Assembly (NCBI RefSeq): GCF_009914755.1
Contig: NC_060931.1
Source of the DNA: the human T2T-CHM13v2.0 reference genome, Homo sapiens
Reading direction: 5' to 3' (one strand)
DNA length: 64,000 nt
Of the stretch, positions 55,580-64,000 are shown in pieces. The translations under genes and the position numbers were made by a program. The first letter of the stretch is position 1, and each line of letters opens with the position of its first letter. The notes beneath the pieces were generated by a model. The model was not told the origin of the DNA. It saw only the letters and a program-made list of their open reading frames with translations, and ran no database searches.

Positions 55580-56925
55580 GAATTGAACAATGAGAACACA
55601 TGGACACAGGAAGGGGAACATCACACTCTGGGGACTGTTGTGGGGTTGGGGGAGTGGGGAGGGATAGCATTAGGAGATATACCTAATGCTGCATGACAAG
55701 TTAATGGGTGCAGCACACCAGCATGGCACATGTATACATATGTAACTAACCTGCACATTGTGCACATGTACCCTAAAACTTAAAAGTATAATAATAATTA
55801 AAAAAAATAAAAAATAAAAATGCTACTGTTACGTGAAAAAAAAAAAAGATTGTAATTTACCATTAAATATTCTAAATACAAAAGCTCGTTTTCCTCTACA
55901 TCTGCATGACATTAGAAATTTAATACTCCAGCAAGGAGGTCAGAAAATAGGACAGGGCGCTGCCCCTGCACACCTCAACATGCTTCTCCTGTATGTGTAG
56001 CAACAACTTTTATATACCACCACTTTTCTGTTTCAAAAAACATTGAAGAGAAATGTAAGTGCTGCCAAAGTAATAAGTTAACAACTATGGGAAAAATTTA
56101 AGGGAAAAGAATCTTAAAAAATTAAAAAATCATTCTAGAATTCAGCTGAAGCATGTGGAAGTTTAAATTGTCCATTCTGCATTACTGAGATGTATTGGGA
56201 ACCAATACCTTTTACCACAGAGAATTATAGTAACTTTTAGATAAGAAAAAAGAAACACAAACATTTTACCTGAATAATAAAACTGTAACTGCTCCTTTTA
56301 TAAATGCTATATTGGATTTTGATGAATCTTTGTATAATCGTATATAAATTTTCAAGAACAAAATTCTAAATGTTCATATTATTAATGTTATCATAAAATA
56401 CTCATTATGTACTTTGTAATCTTACATTTTTCAAACAAAAATTAGTTCTGACTAAGATACAGAGTATAGCACATGCACTCAATGATACAACCCTAAATGT
56501 GCTCATTAAGACATTTTATTCCATGAAAGCCGTGACTGACCAGACTGATATCACCTCAAAAAAATAAAAATAACCCACCTTCCTAGGAATTAAACTGGGA
56601 ATGAATAGCAAGGGGTGATGAAGAATGGTCAGCTTCCATCACCTAATCTTTGAGAGAAGGCAAAGTGTAGAGCAAAGATACAGAAATCTGAATGAGGAGG
56701 AGGTTCCTAAATCCAAATTCAACCCCAGAATATACTTGTCAGGTTGGTAAGAAATCAGAAGTTAGCCTGCTCCATTCTCAAGGTTTGTGCCACTCCAGTA
56801 CACTACTATTTACCACTCTTCAATTAGCTTTATCTGAGTGCCACAAATATTTGCATGGACATGTGCAGTGTTCTGTGGTTAAAGAGATAAATATGGCATG
56901 GTCCCTGTTTCCAGTGGTACTTTTA

Positions 56926-57240
<315 letters not shown>

Positions 57241-57964
57241 TTTGTGTATGTGTGGATGATTCATAAATTTACTGTTTCAAAAAACAAGGAAGAAAAACAA
57301 ATGATTTTTATATAAGGCAGAATCTGCCAGGGACTAGTAGGTGAAGAATGGGGTCCTCTGGGAGTTTGGAGGAGATAGTGATCATTATTTCATTCAGTGA
57401 GAGTTCTCATTAGTATTCTATCAAATTTATTTCTCTGATAAGGCTATTTATACTATTCTACCACATAAGGTTTTTTTTGTTCATTTCTCAGACCTTTTAT
57501 ATATCTAAAATGCTTATAAATGTAATCCCTACAAAAAAAGTGTATCCAAAAAAAAAGTTTGAAATGAAACTGGTTGTCCTGTTAGAAACATTAGTTGTTC
57601 AGAAATGCTTCATAAATATGTGAATATATGTACTCTTTATCCATCTAACTCTGCATTTCCCAAATTCGTTTCCACACAGAACACTTTTTTCATGGCACAT
57701 TCATCAAAACCACAGGTTAGAAAAGAATGTCAGAGTACCTAAACTTTGAAGAGAAAATGTAATTGTTTCTCAAAAACTTCTGAATCTTGGCAAACTATAT
57801 ACAAACACATACCTTTTGGTTTATTAAAATATAATGTAGTTATCTAAAACCTGTAGCCTACACTCTTAAATGGAGAGCAATTTTTACGTAGCAATTTTGA
57901 ATTATTTTCTTAACTCTATACTCAATTTACTTTTAAAATAACTAAAAAATGGTCAATTTGGTAA

Positions 57965-58326
<362 letters not shown>

Positions 58327-58340
58327 TAAATCGAAGTTAC

Positions 58341-58432
58341 CTGAGAATCAAAGTTAAAATATACATCTGAAGTACAAGGAATGGATAGGAAAAACTTTCA
58401 CGGAGAGGTTGTGTCCACATCACACGGGTGAC
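58341..58432 (-). pseudogene. DPY19L2-like exon 8 (92 bp, phase 0/2): VTRVMWTQPLRESFSYPFLVLQMYILTLILR
   Basis: Acceptor gatttcag|GTC, donor CAG|gtaact; family motif TRVMWTPPLRESFSYPF with P>Q; ILTLILR end is DPY19L2-type. Confidence 0.9.
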
Positions 58433-59395
58433 CTGAAATCAACAAAATGCCCACTTTACATCATGTTTACTACAACAAACATTTAAAAACCAGGGGTGAG
58501 GTTTTTTTAGTAATTTCAATACCAGGCTCACTAGATCCCATTTCTGAGTGTCTGGCATAGCTTCTCAGTTTTTGAAGCTCTCTTAACGCATGAGGCCATT
58601 AAGTAGAGAGCAATTAACTACCATGTCCAGAAACCAGCAACAGATGTATCAGACCGAGCAAAATGAAACCCAACGGACAAACAAGATTGTACGTATAAGA
58701 GTTGTGAGAATTCTGGGACTGACCAACTAGATCCATAGTCCAGCCCTGCAGTATGATCCTGGCACATGATCCTGGCATCCGAGGCTTTGGGATATATGCA
58801 TGCCGAGACAAACACCTAAACAAATGTCACCTAGGTCATTCGCAAGCACCATGAGAGTTTCTATGTAACAAGTATGAACGAATATAAATACACACTTTGA
58901 ATAGCTAAGATTGCCTCAGATTTTGTAAAATGTACCTTAAAAAAGTTAAGTATATATTTTAAAAACAACTAGAAGTATTTGGGAACTACAAATGTGATGC
59001 ATGTAACGAAAAGTATTAAATTTTCACGCAAACTTTAAAATTATTTCTAAGACGTATGGGTCAGAGTATTAGAAAAATTTTCCATCAAAAATTCTGAAAT
59101 TCTAGAAAGAATGTGAACTCTTATTACTTTGCAAGAGTCTTAGAAGTTATTGCTCCTCTTCCAAGATACCAAAATTGTAAATGTTGGAAGAGGAATTATG
59201 ATACATAAAAGAAAGTCAACTTATACCAACAGTTGTCTGGCACACTCAAAGAAAAAGCTTTGTCTTTAAATCAGCACATTGTTGAATGTCAATGCATTTG
59301 TTTGCTTTAAAATAATATATATGGCTTTTATGTATAATTTTTATGATTCCTTTATCTAACTGATTTTTAAAAATTAACCCAACAGCAATGGATAA

Positions 59396-59707
<312 letters not shown>

Positions 59708-60064
59708 CTACCCTATGAAACCTGTGTCATAACATATTAAATATTTTGCTCCCAAGAGCTAGGATTCAGAATCTCTCTCTTTTTCATTGCCATATCCTCA
59801 GCATCTAACAGAGTATGGACATGGTATATACCAATATTTTGTTGAATGTATCCATCGTATTTGAAATAAGCTTCTATGAGCTCTTTTTTAGGTGGACTAT
59901 GTTTCATTGGGCTGAATTAGTAAGTTAATGTCTATTTTGAATTCAGCATTTTGCATTACTGAACAGACAGCATGACGTAACACAAAGAAGTGAGGGAGCA
60001 GGTGGCAGTGTCTTAACCGTGTCCCTGCTGTCAGGCCTGAGGCCTCTTTCATTGTTGTTAAGGG

Positions 60065-60212
60065 GAGTGCAATGCATACAAAGTTTCAGTTAGGCAAGAT
60101 AAATAAGTTCTAGAGATCTGCTATACAACATTCTGTTAACACTGTATTGTACACTTACAAATCTGTTAAGAGGGCAGATCTCATGTTACTTATTCTTACC
60201 ACAATAAAAAAG
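60065..60212 (+). mobile_element. L1MB-type 3'-end fragment
   Basis: aaagtttcagttaggcaagataaataagttctagagatctg...accacaataaaa. Confidence 0.7.
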
Positions 60213-60762
60213 TTGAATATATATGTTATACATATAAAATATATAAAAGTTTTTATAAAATATAACTATAATTTTATAATTAATAAAATATAAATTAATA
60301 TATATGTGAGGTTTTAAATGGCAGACCAGACATAGAATGGGAAATCCAGCTTCATCATGTAGTAAATGTGGAATGTGGATAAGTAACTTAATTTTCTCTA
60401 AATTTAAATTTCATAACTTGTATGGTGAGGCTACCACCACCCACAAAAAAAGTTTAGTGGGAATAAATCAGATAATGTGCATGACGTGATTCAACTCAAC
60501 AAGTACAGTATTTCCTTTTCTCTACAGAATATATGTATATGTATATATTTACTAAAAATAAGGCAAGAGATTTCATGTTTGAAATTCTAGCTATTTAAAC
60601 ATTTTGATCAGCATGATTAAAATATCAACTTATAACACAAGGGTCTTTAAAATATTGTGAAGTCATAAGTAGTATACAATTATATATTGTTTCGATGAGT
60701 ATATTTCTTTGTTCCTCTATAACCCCTTCTATTTCTTAAAAATTGCTTTCTAGAAAACAAAC

Positions 60763-60820
60763 CTCTCCATGGTTGAAAAAGCAGCACAGTACTGTAATAA
60801 GACCTCCTAGTTGAGTCCCA
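60763..60820 (-). pseudogene. DPY19L2-like exon 7 (58 bp, phase 2/0): (S)GTQLGGLITVLCCFFNHGE
   Basis: Acceptor ttttttacag|TGG, donor GAG|gtttgt; GTQLGGLITV is DPY19L2-type (DPY19L1 has GSRLGGLVTV). Confidence 0.88.
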
Positions 60821-61082
60821 CTGTAAAAAATAATAATAATAACAGAGTATACAATCAAAATTCATGTAAAATACAGTGAGTTTTTCACAAAATTACCTCA
60901 GAATTTTAAACCATAGTTTAAATCATATTTAAAACATAATAGTACTAAACCATACCCATGTGGTTGATGTTTAAATCCTGAATGTACAATCGTAAAAAGT
61001 GTACATATAAATTAATCTCAATTTTATAATTTATCATAGCTAAAATACTTTCTAAATAAAATACATAAGGTGTGAACATAAA

Positions 61083-61366
61083 TTTTTTTTGAGATGGGGT
61101 CTTGCTCTGTCGCACAGGCTGGAGTGCAGTGGCGAAATCTCGACTCACTGCAACCTCCGCCTCCTGGGTTCCAAATATTCTCCTGCCTCAGGTTCCCAAG
61201 GAGCTGGGATTACAAGCGTGTGCCACTATGCCCGGCTAATTTTTTTACTTTTAGTAGAGATGGGGATTCACCATGTTGGCCAAGCTGGTCTCAAACTCCT
61301 GACCTCGTGATCCACTCGCCTCGGCCTCCCAAAGTGCTGGGATTACAGGCATGAGCCACCGCGCCC
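61083..61366 (-). mobile_element. AluSg-like
   Basis: Full dimer. Confidence 0.9.
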
Positions 61367-61620
61367 CACCGCATAAAGTAATTTTTAAGAAACAGGCTAG
61401 CACTTTAGAGTCTAGATCACATCCTTTGAATAACCTGAATAAAGGCAAATTCTTATTTTTGAAATTGGCTTTAAGGGATTGAGAAATGAAGACAAGATTC
61501 AAACAGTTTCATGTAGCATTAACTTAGAACTGTCTAAACTACTGCAAATATTCTTTACTTGAGTCCCAGACAAGCAATAATGCCGAATACAAAAATCAGA
61601 TGAAAGATAAAAACCATTTC

Positions 61621-61945
61621 TTTTGTTGTTGTCTTTTTGTTTTTTTGTTTGTTTGGGAAGGAGTCTCGCTCTGTCACGCAGGCTGGAGTGCAGTGGAGCG
61701 ATCTCAGCTAACTGCAACCTCTGCCTCCCCAGTTCAAGCCGACTCTTCTGCCTCAGCCTCCCGAGTAGCTGGGATTACAGGCGCCTGCCACCATGCCCGG
61801 CTAATTTTTTTTTTTTTTTGTATTTTTAGTAGAGACGGGGTTTCACCATGTTAGCCAGGATGGTCTCGATCTCCTGACCTCATGATCCGCCCGCCTCGGC
61901 CTCCCAAAGTGCTGGGATTACAGGCGTGAGCCACTGCGCCTGGCC
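61621..61945 (-). mobile_element. AluSc/Y-like
   Basis: Full dimer with (TTTG)n tail. Confidence 0.9.
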
Positions 61946-62199
61946 CAAAAACAGAACTTTTTTTAAAAAAATAGAATATTTTTAAACCTGCCCAAACAAT
62001 CTCAAAGCAATCCTTTTCCCTCAAAGTACTTTAATGAGCTTATATTTTTCTACACGGCATATAGAAAAGTGCATAAAATTTCTAGATTATAGAACTGTAA
62101 AGGGAACGTCCATGTAGTCACCATATAATTAATTGAAATAGAGAAATGATTATACTGTCTTCACTTGCCAGCCTCCAAGATAAGAATCAGCTACTGACC

Positions 62200-64000
62200 T
62201 GATTTTTGAGATTATCAACATAACTCTTTCTATACACATATCAAACTATGATTTACTTTAATCTGTTTTTAAACAACATACAAATGGAAGAATGCAGCAT
62301 TTTTTTAAATTTTGTACCTGGATTCACTCATTCAAAATTATATTTGTAAGATTCAACCATGTTGTGTGTAGCTGCATAGTTCATTCATTCTCATTATTGT
62401 ATACTGTTCCACCATGTTAATAAACCAAAATGTATTCATTTCTCTGCTAATGGATATTTGGGTTCTTTCCAGTTTGAAGCTATTGCAAATAATGCTACCA
62501 TATTATTGTATGTACTTCCTAGTACACATGTGCAATACTTTTTTGGGAATATGTATGTTAAATTACAATTGCTGAGTTATAAGGTATCCATACCTTCAAC
62601 TTTACCAGATAATATACACTGTTTACCAAAATAGTTGTACCAATTTATATGTCCACCTGTGGTGGACGAAAGCTCCTTTATCAATCTATTAGATGTGAGT
62701 TGGTATTTCACTATGGTTTGAATTTATATTTTCTTTATAACAAATGATGGTGGTCAACTTTACATATGTTTATTGACCATGTGGTGTTCTTCTGGGAAAT
62801 ATCAGTTCATAAACATTTTGTCCATTTTTCTATCAAGTTGTCTTTCTTCTTTGTCTTTATCTTCCCACTCTAATATAAACTTCACAAGGACAGAGATTTC
62901 TCTTCTGTATTCCAAGCACCTAGAACAGTGCTCCTGGTCACAACAGGCTTTCAATAAATATTTATCAAATTAATGAATGGAATTTCTGGATAGTAGGTGG
63001 GGCATAAACTTTGTAAATATCTTCACTCACTTTCAGGTTTTTTTAATCCTACAGTTCTTTTGAGGTAAAATTGATAAACTCATCAAATTTATCAGTTTCT
63101 CTTCATGGCTGGATTTTTGTATCTTGTTTATCATTTCTTATTCCAAGTGACTTTTTCTATATTATATGCTGAACACTTTTATAAACCTGTCTTTCATATT
63201 TGAGTGATTAATCCAGCTTGGAGTATTATTTATATAGTTCCAAGTTCTCTTTGTTCCATATGATCTCCCAAGTATTCCAGCACTATTTTTTAAAATGCCT
63301 GTCCTTACCCACCAATCTGCAATACCTGCTCTTCCATATATCAAATGCCTTTAAATGTACATTTCTGCTTCTGGGCTGTACTCTATTTCGGTTATCTATT
63401 TGTCTATTCCTGTGCCAATATCACAGCATCTTTTTACATTAGCTTTATAATATAGCAACAGTTGATAGTGCAAATCCTCCTTTTTCAAGAATACCTTGAC
63501 TGTATTTGGCGCTTTGCATTTCTGAGTAACTTTTAAATCAGCTCATCAAAGTCAACAAAAAATATGTTGGAATTTTGACTGGTAGAGCATTGAATCTATA
63601 AAGCTTTTTAATATCAAGTCTTCAATCAATCAATGTGGAATAGCTCTCCACTTAGATTTTCCTAGACATATCTCAGGAATGTTTTAATCATTTTCCCATA
63701 GCTGTCATATATATTTTTTGTTGGATTTATTCTGAGGAACGTCATGCTTTTAATGCTATTCTAAACAGCATCCTTTCAAAATTTCATTTTCTATTTGATC
63801 CTAAAGTATAAAATTTATAATTTTGAATTTTAATATTAATGTTTACATCTAGTAACACTGTATATTTTCTTATTGCAAATACTGTATCCATAAGCTTGTA
63901 AAATTTTTCTAGATATACGATGTTATCTACTTTTAAGAACACATTTCTTTTTTTTCAAGTTTTCCAATCCTTATACTTATTACTAATTTTCTTTTTACGT
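62200..64000 (-). mobile_element. Ancient L1ME-type 3'/ORF2 fragments
   Basis: tggatatttgggttctttccagtttg, ccagcactatttt, gcattgaatctata antisense L1 motifs. Confidence 0.6.

Noticed and set aside
55817-55824. AAAATGCT match between the L1-C tail spacer and the L1-A TSD
   Set aside because: Only 8 bp, half of it A-run, and the sequences diverge immediately; likely coincidence.

Overview
Repeat-rich human (primate) genomic DNA; an AluYb8-type element at 47415-47738 points to human. The only host-gene sequence I can identify is five short minus-strand exons of the DPY19L C-mannosyltransferase family. Two are DPY19L2-like (60763-60820, 58341-58432; equivalents of exons 7-8). Three, 37 kb further on in the same direction, are DPY19L1-like (20631-20768, 18426-18546, 17570-17663; equivalents of exons 4-6). 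The arrangement looks like a chimeric unprocessed pseudogene from the chromosome 7p DPY19L low-copy repeats (probably DPY19L1P1). The gap holds three near full-length LINE-1s: L1-A 24317-30353 (-, nested in a two-LTR THE1D), L1-B 39270-45172 (-) and L1-C 49643-55847 (+). Their ends belong to different subfamilies, yet they share a patchwork of private mutations, including an identical fold-back templated insertion. This indicates repeated multi-kb sequence exchange between the copies. L1-C has no target-site duplication and sits where the DPY19L2-like segment stops. The rest is Alus, MaLR/ERV LTRs, old L1/L2/MIR fragments and small rearrangement scars. Family and subfamily names and protein comparisons come from my recall of consensus sequences, not from searches.
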